Positions 52,021 to 64,000 of a stretch of DNA of 64,000 nt are shown piece by piece; within the stretch, counting starts at the first letter, position 1; each line of letters opens with the position of its first letter. The notes below the pieces were generated by a model. That model was given only the letters and a program-made list of their open reading frames with translations, searched no databases and had not been told where the DNA came from. Made by a program: the position numbers and the translations under genes. The stretch is from Octopus bimaculoides (taxonomy: Eukaryota), in assembly GCF_001194135.2 (NCBI RefSeq), contig NC_068990.1:5760547-5824546 (forward strand), given 5' to 3'.

Positions 52021-53012
52021 AACATGGCAGGAGGAAAAGTGGTGCGAAGTGCCATTGGTTTTAATTATGTTCAGAATAATCCTTTCATAATCTGCAACAG
52101 CAATCGATATGATGACTTGCAAATTTTCTACAGTTTGAGATAGAAAATCAGAGTTACCAGCGTACTTTAGATCAATAATCTGCTCAGATTTCGTCTGTTA
52201 GTAACTGTAACTTACTAATAGCGACTCGAGACTCTCCTTTCTCTTGTATAACACTATTGTTACTTAGAGGAGGAAAATGTTCAAGAGTGCAGACACTTTG
52301 CTTGTTTCCTGGTTTTACTCTGCAAATCTGAATCCATTGCCTCAAAGAAAAACGTAGGCCGCGTTTTTCATGTGTAGAATCAATAAATAAGATTCACACA
52401 ACTGGGTGAGAAACAGAGTTTTATGAAAACATTTCACACATAGAACCGAAAGCATTTAACGTTTGTGCAAATCTAATTAGTTCTCTTATTGCATTTCTCC
52501 AGAAGTTAATTTTCAAAGATGATCTTGATGACACTACCTCAGTGTTTGCTGAAGTCACACCAGGAACTTAATTTGATATTCTCTGATACTCATTACACCA
52601 ATTATGTGAGCTTGGTCATAATCATCTAGCTATATAGTTATACAGTTAATTTTGAAAGAAGACACATTTGGTTTCTTCGTTTTCAAAAGATGGTCACGTT
52701 ATTAGCATCTTTCTCGTGTTAAGATTACAATCCTTGTTCCAATCTGGCGTGTGAAATATTTTTATATAGATATATTCATGCTATTTCGACACTTCTTTAA
52801 GAATATTATCGGGTTAGTGATATTTATAGTTTTAAAGGGTTTTCATTGATCCACCAGCCTTGGAAAAATACACATCAACTGCTAAATAAACTAATCAAAT
52901 TATTTCTTTTAGCTACTTACGACTGAAAACCTGACTAGAGATGTGCCGTTTGCTGATTTCACTGGTACAATGAGATTATACACATACACACACTCACACC
53001 CACCCACGGACA

Positions 53013-53068
<56 letters not shown>

Positions 53069-53245
53069 NNNNNNNNNNNNNNNNNNNNNNNNNNNNNNNN
53101 NNNNNNNNNNNNNNNNNNNNNNNNNNNNNNNNNNNNNNNNNNNNNNNNNNNNNNNNNNNNNNNNNNNNNNNNNNNNNNNNNNNNNNNNNNNNNNNNNNNN
53201 NNNNNNNNNNNNNNNNNNNNNNNNNNNNNNNNNNNNNNNNNNNNN

Positions 53246-53279
<34 letters not shown>

Positions 53280-54224
53280 GAACTGAGGAGATAATCATTA
53301 AAATGATTATATTAATGGCTAGCGTATAAAAAAATGATCATATCGGTAAATTTTACCGATAATTTTACCTACACACACACACACACACATATGTATATAT
53401 ATATATATATATATATAGCGAGAGAGAGGGGGGCGAGGTACACATACATATCTACGTGCATACATTCACACATACAGACACACATACACACACTCCAATT
53501 TGTTGTCTTCTTGATGCATGAAATTATTAACTGTAATAAAAACCCGTTACAAGTTTCCGTAATGAAAATTGATTGCTTAATTTACTTCAGACTTTAACAT
53601 GCGTTTCAAATTGACTAGAACTGTTTGGAAATTCGAACGAAGGTAAGTTGTTTGCTTTTGCAATGTATCCCTTTGATGCAAGTGCAGGATGCCATGAATG
53701 AGCTTAGGGTTTAAAAGGAAATACAGTCACAAAACAAAACTAAACTGTTTTATACTCTGCAACCTAATGTTTGAAAGGCAGCTTTAAATTAGGGAATGTT
53801 TCCATTTGCTGAAGACATAATTGAAAATTTCGATATGTCAGTTCACAATCAAGTAATTCTTTTTATAATATATATCTATTGTTTCATTTGAAATAAAGTT
53901 CTGACATATGCAATTACCAACATCGGAATAAGAGAAATATAGGAAAGAATGAATTTCAATTTTGTGCTGACTCTCTAATCTTAAGATTGATTATAGTTTA
54001 CTGAAATAATATGATCTTTCTTAGCTTACTGTTCTTGTGGCAAATGTATTTATTCCTTTTTATCCAACTTTAATATATGTTATTTTGATTCCTTTCAAAT
54101 TTCGCATCGATCACTATGTGTTGGGCGTTTTTGATGAAACTGCAAGTTGCACTGCTTCGCTTCACCATAGGTTCTACAATACGTTAGTTTTTGTTTCTAA
54201 CTCTTGGATCAGTTATTCTCGTTT

Positions 54225-54650
54225 TTGTTTATGTCCAAGTTAACCCCGATCGAGAGGATCAATAATCAGATATACATATTCAAACTTTATTTTCGGGCAT
54301 GGTGTATGTACATCTATGTTATCAAGAGTGTCCTTCTGTTTTTAAGATAGTATAGTATGTTTAAAAGGTGATTAGACTGTTCAGGCTAACAGAACGAACT
54401 ACTGCATAGAGACCCTTACTATCGATTCAAATTTTCCCCTCCATTTTATCTAGATGGAGAATATATCTAAGACCTCTCTAACTAATGCCTCTATGAAATA
54501 ACATTCCACCGCCTAAAAATGATAAGGACACAGTCAACAATGTAGTACCATATATACAGCATGATGGAATGGTCACAATTGGAAAGCTTTTGATCGTAGG
54601 TCTATTACATTATGGGTGATTTGGGATAAACTACTGTAACAAAATAACCA
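54225..54650. mobile_element. Two decayed family E repeats in inverted orientation (54225-54385 -, 54490-54650 +)
   Basis: gtgtccttctgtttttaagatagt on one side versus cgcctaaaaatgataaggacac on the other; shared motifs with 28055-28150 and 32770-32872. Confidence 0.45.
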
Positions 54651-55280
54651 ATTATATAATAATGTTCCAGGATTGACCTTAACTCGCGACATTCAGGGCA
54701 CTGGTGTCATTCATGAGTTGCATGTGAATATTTGATGACTAAATTTATTGATATAAGTGTACTCGTGCCAGGCACGACGACAGAATATTTCTATAATTCA
54801 GTTATTTTTTTATGTACGTTCTAGAATCCTAATGCTCATGATGACAATACACACACACAAAAGAAATTGCATGCAAAAAATAACGACCAGAATCCATTAC
54901 GTATAGAAAAATGTTACGAAGTTTATTAGCTGATAAGTGGAAAACATGTAAGTAGTATCTAGAAAACAAAAAGAAATATTTGGTAACGTCTTATTGTAAT
55001 TTAAATATAAGAAAATTATTTCAGCTGGTAAGAGGCGTTTTTTAAAAAAACTTTTTTGATTAGCTCTAAGAGAAGCATAATGAAACTAATTTGTTAAAAA
55101 GTAACAAAGACTTCGTTAGATTACATTTTTCAGTATTACTTAGGACTCACACGGCGCGTACAAGTAAAGATATGTTTATGCAAGAAAATAAATACATATC
55201 TAATTATAACAATGTATACATATTGCCACTATGTATGCGTATGCTTGCACTAATGTACCTACGTACATATGCACATACAA

Positions 55281-55309
55281 ACGCGAACAAACGCGAACAA
55301 ACGCGAACA
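55281..55309. repeat. Decamer tandem repeat (ACGCGAACAA)x3
   Basis: Read directly from the sequence. Confidence 0.9.
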
Positions 55310-56286
55310 CACATAAAATCTGAGGGCAAGATAGTTAGAAAGTGAGTGATTATATGATGAACATTTGCTCATAATAACATGTGGCTTTGCACGCGTATGT
55401 TTCTCATCTGTTATTTAAATTATTTAAATTCTTCCTTTGAATAAAGGAGCTGGTTTCTAACAAAGATACGAGACTCCTATGTATGGATGGATGGATGGAT
55501 GGATGGATGGATTCAGTATATTTCAAGATTTCTTGTCAATAGAGAAAGAACTGGTTTCTAACCTAGATCCAAGGTTTTTTCATTGGAATTTCAACATCAA
55601 CAACAGGGTATTTTTGTTAGTATGTATGCATGTATGTATGTATGTATGTATGTATGTATGTATGTACGTACGTACGCATGTACGTATGTATATGCAGCTG
55701 TATGTATGTATATGTCAGCTCACTTTAAGTACTGCTAGTAACAGGTAACAAAGTACAACCTATCGCATGTTCGGACAGTCGGTGACAAAACCGGCAACCC
55801 TGTTTAGCTTACTTGCTAGGAAGCGTGGTCTCGTTGAAGACCCTGCAGGATGAAAAACAAAGCCTATCAATGGGTAGATTAACTCGGTTGGGACTGAAAT
55901 ACCACTCACTTGCTGTTTGTGCTAGAAAGAACAATCTAGCGTTGGCATCATACGAAATAGAGCTGCGGCGTAATTTAAATATTTATATATACATGAATAT
56001 ATATATATATACATGAATATATATATNNNNNNNNNNNNNNNNNNNNNNNNNNNNNNNNNNNNNNNNNNNNNNNNNNNNNNNNNNNNNNNNNNNNNNNNNN
56101 NNNNNNNNNNNNNNNNNNNNNNNNNNNNNNNNNNNNNNNNNNNNNNNNNNNNNNNNNNNNNNNNNNNNNNNNNNNNNNNNNNNNNNNNNNNNNNNNNNNN
56201 NNNNNNNNNNNNNNNNNNNNNNNNNNNNNNNNNNNNNNNNNNNNNNNNNNNNNNNNNNNNNNNNNNNNNNNNNNNNNNNNNNNNNN

Positions 56287-56328
<42 letters not shown>

Positions 56329-56849
56329 TGTATATATATAAATATATATATATACCGGAGTGCACACAGTTGCTCCATGCATCTAAATATTCGACCTGGA
56401 ATACACACAAAGATAAAGAAATTATATTAAGGATTACTTCCATGATATTTGATCATCTGTGTCTATTATGCTCTTGACAGTTCTGAATATTTTAGATGTC
56501 AGCTCTTCAGAATATTCAATGTTTGTTATTTTGCCAACTGAGGCATTAATAAAAAGGTCATGGGGACTTCCCACACTTGGGTATCATACGAAAAACACGC
56601 CATTAACAAAGTAGCATCAATCTACATGCAGCCTAGCAGCTTTCAATGTTTACCAAAAGAACTTAATTGATTGCTTGACGCGTGAAAGCTCAGTTATTCT
56701 TAAAAAAAAACGATCCAAATCAAAATAGCGTATCTGTTCGTATAAATAAATTCTGGGTACAATTGCATCCACTTTGTGACGATACAATGAGACTAGTGGT
56801 GCTGTTATCACGTAGCATCCATTTCTTCATCATTTGTGTTTTGCTATTT

Positions 56850-57015
56850 CAACCGGCTCCTTACGTTCGGAGTTCAAATTCCACCGAGGTCGATTTTGCC
56901 TTTCATACTCTCGAGATCGATAAAATAGGTACAATTCAAGTACTAGGGTTGATGTAGTCGATTAACCCTATCCTCTAAAATTGTTGGCTACGTACCAAAA
57001 TTAGGAAGAATTATT
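56850..57015 (+). mobile_element. SINE family A copy
   Basis: gagttcaaattccaccgaggtcgattttgcctttcat core. Confidence 0.85.
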
Positions 57016-57655
57016 AAGGCTCTTTCCTCCCATCCTGAAGTCTGTGTTGTAGTAGGTGCAGAGGTTCCTATAAGTTTCAAAAGTGTAGGATAACGGACAA
57101 AAGAACTATTTTTCTAATCACATAGTGACTATTGATGTGTAGATATAAATATTTCTTTGAAATGCGTGCAGCAAATGCTAGTTAATGCCGTACAGCCAAA
57201 CAATTTTACGGATTACCATTTGTGTGTCAGTTAATGTTTCAAGTTGTGAAATCTCCTTCGTTATCAATTCATCTGCAGTATTAAGAATTATGCTTATGGG
57301 AGCTGCACTATTGGCATCATATCTGCCGGAAGAAAAAATCCCCCCACCCTCCCGCAACCAATAACACATTTTTGGCAAAATAACCAGGCAGCTGATCTTC
57401 AAACACATTGATTCTCATACTTGTAAACAGTTTGAAAATTTTAAGCATAGTCCTGATTTTCTCAGCTTTTGTTCTAGTGAAGATCGCTAGCAGTATCTGA
57501 TGGAAGTAACCTCGCAGTGCAAATACTACTCCTCGTTTTTGAAAATAGTTTTCACGAAAATCTGCAACCAGACATTGTTAACCAGTGCTTATTCGTCTCA
57601 GATGATCATGCGATATCTCATATGAGATACCGCACTCAATTTATATATACATAAT

Positions 57656-57703
<48 letters not shown>

Positions 57704-57880
57704 ACATATATATACACAAACATGCATAAAAACGTGTGTGTGTGTGTNNNNNNNNNNNNNNNNNNNNNNNNNNNNNNNNNNNNNNNNNNNNNNNNNNNNN
57801 NNNNNNNNNNNNNNNNNNNNNNNNNNNNNNNNNNNNNNNNNNNNNNNNNNNNNNNATATATATATATATATATATATATA

Positions 57881-58090
57881 GTAAATAAAAAACGAAGAAC
57901 AAACACAAAAAAAACAACAACGCGAGGACGTGATACATACAAGGTATTAGCAGACGCTCAGGGGTGGAAAGAAAGGTGGCTTTACGTTTCGAGCAAAGCT
58001 CTTCTTCAGAAACAGGCGATAGAAGGAAGTCCAAGAGTAAAGGAAGACGGAGGAAAAAAACCGACAATGACTCACATGGGGTTTCGTTTT
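57881..58090 (-). mobile_element. PLE-type terminal repeat carrying an intact hammerhead, ending at (TA)n
   Basis: Minus strand: ..HHR..ctgagcgtctgctaatacc..cacgtcctcgcgttgttg..tatatata; homologous to 24361-24525. Confidence 0.75.
57979..58013 (-). ncRNA. Minimal type-I hammerhead ribozyme, intact core
   Basis: Minus strand GTTT-CTGAAGA-A-GAGC-TTT-GCTC-GAAA-CGT-A-AAGC: helix I of 4 bp (one G.U), helix II of 4 bp, palindromic ACGT helix III, GUA site (cut between 57983 and 57982). Confidence 0.8.
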
Positions 58091-58096
58091 GAAATA

Positions 58097-58660
58097 ATGT
58101 GGTCTGGTCAATAAGTATCCGGACTGTTGGCATAGTAACGAAGCTAAAGCACGCAGAGTGAAGCCGCTTGGCACAGATCGAACTTGAACTCTGTTGTGCA
58201 TGCACACTAAGCATAACGTTCTATCTCACTTCCGCTGTTTACAGCAGTGCTTGGAAGGAACGTGTGTAACATGTGATTGTCGCATTGAACATGACAGAAA
58301 AAATTGAACAGAGAATCTGCATCAAATTTTGCCTAAAGCTTGGTGATACCTGCTCAGAGGCCTACGCAAAGTTTTCAAACATTCGTCATCGTTCTCGACA
58401 CAATCAAGGAGATTTTGTGCAACTGAAACCCGAGTTACTTTTTGGTCAGCTGAAAGCAGTTTTGGCACAAACCTAGCAGACACGCGTCTCATACCCAAAT
58501 TTTAAGCGATAAAGGACCGAACAAAACCGTCATTAATCTGCACATCCTCTGATAACTCATGGCTGGGGATTCGACGATTTCTCCTCACAGGTGCACGCTG
58601 TCAGGAACGGGCCGAAATACTTGTGTCACGGGAGTTCTTCTGAAGATTTCCCTCTGTTGT
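58097..58660. mobile_element. Rearranged mariner: 5' TIR and N-terminus on +, next transposase segment on -
   Basis: TIR-like gtggtctggtcaataagtatccggact, then + MTEKIEQRICIKFCLKLGDTCSEAYAK. About 58380-58660 on - encodes RRNRRI..ELSEDVQI..LGMRRVSARFVPKLLSADQK*TRVSVAQNLL. Confidence 0.8.
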
Positions 58661-59017
58661 CCGTTCCACCCACTTAATTTTTGTCTTAAAGACGTTATTT
58701 TCTTCTACACTGATGGAAATGATGTTAAAGATTCACACGCTTATGCTGCTTGCTGACTGTATTTTTCAAAAGTATGGTTGGGTCACAAGATGTGTGTTAC
58801 TGTATGCCCGTTTTTTTTTTATTTATATTGTAATAATGCTCCTATGTGTTGCTGCATAAGTTAAGGGAGACATAAAACTGTTAGCCATTTTTTATAGACC
58901 TATTCCCTTTCAAAGCATGATATCTTCCTAATTTTCCGTCATATTCTGTCATCTATATCAACATATCTTTTAGCGAAGTATAGAAACCTACCAAGTGGAA
59001 AATAAGTTGTCTACGGT

Positions 59018-59099
59018 TAGATATCAACTACGTATGCGTGTAGGCATAGAGTAGATATCAACTATGTATAAGTGTATCTACGAATAGATATCAACTACG
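59018..59099. repeat. Diverged minisatellite with a 33-34 bp period; 15-bp core TAGATATCAACTAYG x3
   Basis: Cores at 59018, 59052 and 59085; spacers are mutually related. Confidence 0.85.
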
Positions 59100-61769
59100 G
59101 ATAAGTGAATGCATAAAGAGTTTGTATGCATAGAGTATACAAACACTTTAACTTCTCCAGTTAATTTAAGGTGCAGATCCACATGCAACTCTATAAATGG
59201 ATGTCAGATCTAACCAACCCCACATAGCTTCTAGCAAACAATGATTTGTGTCCGAAGTATATGCCTTTGATTACTAATCCATATTTTGTAAAAAGTTATT
59301 ACTACTTCAATCTACATACGATCCAATAGCAAGTATTGAAAATCCAATTTCTGTTAAATGGATTTCCTATCTGTCAATTCTCCTTATGCTTCCATTAATA
59401 ACATTGTATACGATTTTCTATAATATATCAGCCTCAATAAAAATGCCTTTGTGTATGATTTACTTTTCATTATGTACAATACAATACACAGTGATGTAGT
59501 GTTTGAAATCTTCTCAATATTCTTCCTTGGTATTCCTGGTAATCATAATTATCAGCACCCCTTCTTTAGAAATTATATCTTCTTTCAAGAAATGATCGAC
59601 TTGAATTCCGCTACTTATTTGCATTAACAATTTCAACCTGCATTACTGGGTCTCACTTTATTTTAATTATTTTTATCGTATTCAATATCATCCTTACTTA
59701 AGATTAAGTTATTTTATTCGAAAGCAAGAAGTTTGATCTCATTTAAGAAGTTTGATCGTAATGAAATGTTCAGAATTGAAGAATAGTGTGTATGTTAACT
59801 TTTTGATCATGAAATTGCAAATGACTGAACTTCTTCGCAATTACTTATTTGAAGACAGCTCTCTACAAGAGGAGTTAGTCACTTTGTAGTTAGTGATAGT
59901 TGTGTTGTTGTCGTCTATACTTGGTCAGATACATTGTGTAAGATCGGAGAATCAATTGCTTAGTTGTGATCAATGAACTCAACGAACTAATTATGGCCCT
60001 AGACAAATTAATGACATCAACTTAATCTTTAGTTTCTTATCAAGATATATATNNNNNNNNNNNNNNNNNNNNNNNNNNNNNNNNNNNNNNNNNNNNNNNN
60101 NNNNNNNNNNNNNNNNNNNNNNNNNNNNNNNNNNNNNNNNNNNNNNNNNNNNNNNNNNNNNNNNNNNNNNNNNNNNNNNNNNNNNNNNNNNNNNNNNNNN
60201 NNNNNNNNNNNNNNNNNNNNNNNNNNNNNNNNNNNNNNNNNNNNNNNNNNNNNNNNNNNNNNNNNNNNNNNNNNNNNNNNNNNNNNNNNNNNNNNNNNNN
60301 NNNNNNNNNNNNNNNNNNNNNNNNNNNNNNNNNNNNNNNNNNNNNNNNNNNNNNNNNNNNNNNNNNNNNNNNNNNNNNNNNNNNNNTATATATATATATA
60401 TATATATCTTTTCAAGATTACTCTCAGTGACTAGTAAGAATACATCTTGAATTGCAATTGTCTGTATCGTGTATATAACTTACCATTTCCAATTATTTGC
60501 CATCTACTGTGATTATTCATGTCTGTAATTAAGAACGCACCTGGAATAGGTTTATATTTGAAGACACACATATATGCATGCATGTATGTGTGCGTGCGTG
60601 TGTGTGTGCGAGTATATTTATTCTGGGTACACAAGTGGAAGATGCAGTATTCAATACATGTAGAAGAGTGTTTGTATTATTCATTAGAAGTTAAAGATTT
60701 CTTTCTTTTATTATTTCCTGTCTTCTCATGTATGTCTCTCTCTTTCTCTCTATGCAGGTATGTATGTATGTATGTATTTATGTACGCATGTATGTATGTA
60801 CGTATTTGTATATATCTATATATGCTACTTTTTAAAATCGGATATCTACTGTGCATAATCTTATTAAATAAATCTCCCCGTTACCTGAATACGAAATAAT
60901 TCTTTGCCTGGAAGCACTTTTACTGCTTATTCTATTTAAGTATGATTGGAATATATTTAGACTTGTATCGGAATAGTAGTATTTGGGGCTAATCCACCAT
61001 AACTTCTGTTCGTTGGCACGTCGAATAGGCTCTATTCTCTTTTTATTTGGTGAGAGAGTTTATCGCACCACCGTACACTTGAGTCTAACCACTCCTTGAC
61101 CTACCGTCTGTTGTTTATAACCAACAAGTAAACAACTCTGTAGTACTCATATATTTTAAATAACATGTCTAAATATTGAAATATTTCGGCTTAAATTATA
61201 AATATTTCCAAACTTTGTATAATTGTTTTAAAGCTTAAATGAGAATAAAAACAGTCAGTTAAATAATGGAAACACAAAATTAATTAGCAATTATTAAGAA
61301 ATTAATTAAAAAATCATACAAAATTAATGAAATACTGAAATTCTACTGTTATTTTGAAAATAATAAAAATGGAAGTTTATTGAGAACCATGAAATATGTA
61401 ATTTCTTTTGAAGTTATATATTTCTAAAACGTTTACTTCGAGGTGTATAGTAAACATACATTGTACTAAAGATACTGTTTTATAACACAACACTATATTT
61501 TGCTACACACTTGTCATACATGATGCTATCTACATTTGCAGACACTCGAAGCGTCTTCAACCATTAAAGATATTATCTATTGATTTATATCTTTACGTCA
61601 ATAAGTAAAACAGTTTTAAGAATGCAACAAATCGATGACATACTTGATAAAATTATTGTTACGGTGCGACTGCGTTGGTACATCTTTAAAGAATTTTAAT
61701 GCCTTATATAGTTGATATTACATCACAATATATATATATAGGTTAATCTTTATACATTTTTTGTGGTCC

Positions 61770-61900
61770 GCGTTTTTTTCTGTTTTCGCTCTCTCTTCGT
61801 TCTTCTCCTCTCAATACTTTCTGTCGAAGAGCGTAGACTCGAAACTTCATAGACTTTTCCATTCTTCCCGAAAGTCAAACTAATATACTTGCTTGTTAGA
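61770..61900 (+). mobile_element. PLE-type terminal repeat relic with a degenerate hammerhead (61818-61852)
   Basis: ttt-CTGTCGA-A-GAG-cgtaga-CTC-GAAA-CTT; downstream gtcaaactaata is shared with 24451. Confidence 0.55.
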
Positions 61901-62132
61901 AAAATGCTGAAATAATTTTATCATGAAGAACATTTTAGTACCGGATTCAGTCTTTGCGACTTTTTCAACTCAGAGTAATGCATGCAAAACAATTAAATTG
62001 TGAAAAAAATAAATGAAATGTTTTTTTTCAAAATGTTTACATAGTTTTCAAATGCAAGGGAGATTTTTCCTATCTCTGTCTGTCTCTATCTCTCGCTTTT
62101 ACTCATGTGGGATATTGGTAGCAGGTAACAGG

Positions 62133-62150
62133 TAGTAGTAGTAGTAACAG

Positions 62151-62188
<38 letters not shown>

Positions 62189-62342
62189 CCTAATATGAGT
62201 TCTTGGTTTTGATTGTTTAAGCAGCAGTAGCGCTGAGAAAGGAGGCGATGTAGAAGAAGAAGAAGAAGAAGAAGAAGAAGAAGAAGAAGAAGAAGAAGAA
62301 GAAGAAGAAGAAGAAGAAGAAGAAGAAGAAGAAGAAGAAGAA
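62133..62342. repeat. (GTA)n and (GAA)n microsatellites
   Basis: Read directly from the sequence. Confidence 0.95.
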
Positions 62343-62773
62343 GGGGGAGTAGGAAAAGGAGAGAAAGAATAATATATATATATAAGATCCAAGAATCAAG
62401 GTGTAGGAAGTGAATGGGCTTCAAGCAATCCGTAGAAGATATAAAAAAGAAAACTACTTTCAGGAACGGTAATGGTACATTGGCGCAGAAGGTTGTGAAC
62501 TTTTCCCTTATCGAAGTACGATAAGCTGAAAAAAAGTTAATTTTATAGTTCGCGGTAAGCAACACACACACATACACACACACACACACGTGTATGTATA
62601 TATATATATATATATATATATGAATTTGTAGTGCAATATATGGATTCACGGAATTCTGTGGCAGTCGAAGCAAGCTCCACTAGTAGACCTACCTACCATA
62701 CCATATAGTATTCCAGTACAGAGAAGCATAATGTAGAGTTCTATGTAACTTTCATGTTGCAATAGTACTTTCT

Positions 62774-63023
62774 TATTTCTTTATTGCCCACAAGGGGCTA
62801 AACATAGAGGGGACAAACAAGGATAGACAAAGGGATTAAGTCGATTACATCGACCCCAGTGCATAACTGGTACTTCTTTAATCCACCCTGAAAGGATGAA
62901 AGGCAGAGTCGACCTCGGCGGAATTTGAACTCAGAACGTAACGGCAGACGAAATACCGCTAAGCATTTCGCCCGGCGTGCTAACGTTTCTGCCAACTCAC
63001 AGTCTGGAATAGTACTTTCAATA
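62774..63023 (-). mobile_element. Young, near-full-length SINE family A copy with an 18-bp target-site duplication
   Basis: gttgcaatagtactttct at 62756-62773 and 63024-63041; the body closely matches the family core seen in other copies. Confidence 0.92.
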
Positions 63024-63369
63024 GTTGCAATAGTACTTTCTGTTCATATTAAAGTATTTTACATGCCTGCACCAATATGCATACTATACATTGCATAGTA
63101 TAATTGTACAATTACGTATCAATGCAGATACAGAAGGCTAGCTCTTCAGATCACCAGAACATCATGGCTACACCAATATGATGAGGATGATGATGCTGGC
63201 AGTAGTCATCGCCGTTGTCAGTCTCTGATGCTTTAGAATCAGGATTGTGGGAGTGCTGAGGTAGAAATCCATTTCAAAAACCAAAAAGAAAGAAAAAGAT
63301 GAGTACGTTGGTGGATAGGAGAAATGTTGAAAGGAATAAAATGGTGACGATGATGATCGTATCATTATT

Positions 63370-63448
63370 ATTATTATCATTATTGTTGTTCTTGTTGTTG
63401 GTAATATTATCGTTGTTGTTGTTGTTGTTGTTGTTGTTGTTATAACTA

Positions 63449-63487
<39 letters not shown>

Positions 63488-63490
63488 GGT
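63370..63490. repeat. (ATT)/(GTT)/(GAT)n compound microsatellite
   Basis: Read directly from the sequence. Confidence 0.9.
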
Positions 63491-63559
63491 TGATGATTTA
63501 AGGTGGCAAAAAGAGATTTGTTCAGTGTTTCATCTCGGAAAAAAAAGAAACACATTTCT

Positions 63560-64000
63560 TCGCTACCACTTCTGCTGCTGCTTCTGCTGCATCTTTCATG
63601 TTGTTATCTCACGTCTGTTATTATTTTTTCTTTCGTGTCGATCCCTCAGATGTCAGACTTTCTCTCGTCGTCAACGCCTTCCTCTCCTATTTCATCCCTT
63701 CCAATGGAACTCGTGCCATGAATTATCTCTCCACGAAATAACACACTACTTCTGATGGAGTGGTCGTAGCACGCTGGACAGATGCAGGGATGCAGTAAGG
63801 ACAATGGAGTGTGGACATCGGCGTTGTAATTTTTGGGTATTGATGTTGGCAGCTATGAAGATGTTGCTGTTGGTGTTGTGGTGGTGGTGGTAGTGGTGAT
63901 AATGATGGTTGTGGTTGTGGTGGTAGTGGTGATAGTGATGGTTGTGGTGGTGGTGGTAGTGGTGATAGTGATGGTTGTGGTGGTGGTGGTGATGGTAGTG
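63560..64000. other. GC/CpG-enriched, exon-like segment of unresolved strand, running into a roughly 33-bp GGT-based repeat at the window edge
   Basis: Strong + acceptor ttttttctttcgtgtcgatccctcag| at 63649; one minus frame is open from the window edge to a stop at 63723-63725. Confidence 0.3.

Noticed and set aside
59018-59099. Three 15-bp repeats with 18-19 bp spacers, superficially CRISPR-like
   Set aside because: Repeats and spacers are too short, the spacers resemble each other, the context is eukaryotic and there are no cas genes; it is a minisatellite.
21293-60415. Long ORFs containing X runs and YI/HT/CV repeats (e.g. 36328-37279, 39797-40389, 55922-56477)
   Set aside because: They span N-gaps and dinucleotide microsatellites, which lack stop codons.

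Overview
AT-rich, repeat-dense eukaryotic DNA from a draft assembly. About ten N-gaps are present, nearly all flanked by (TA)n or (CA)n. The interspersed repeats resemble families I recall from Octopus genomes; this taxonomic call is an inference, not a database result. No intact protein-coding gene, rRNA, tRNA gene or CRISPR array can be supported, and most ORFs in the supplied track are microsatellite or N-gap artefacts. Supported content: dozens of tRNA-type SINE and retroposon copies from at least four families; relics of R4/Dong-like RLE LINEs, RTE LINEs and a CR1-like LINE; one near-full-length mariner, one internally inverted mariner and a Tc1 fragment; a TTAA MITE; and a non-autonomous Helitron sitting inside a (TAA)n array. 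The most interesting signal is a set of minimal type-I hammerhead ribozyme (HHR) motifs of the Penelope-like element (PLE) kind. Two have intact cores (10654-10699 +, 57979-58013 -) and two are degenerate. The first lies in a roughly 410-bp unit bounded by a 13-bp direct repeat, combining a tRNA-like Pol III head, an (AAT/AAC)n tract, the hammerhead and a terminal inversion. A low-confidence, phase-compatible chain of small plus-strand exons suggests much of the window may be intronic.
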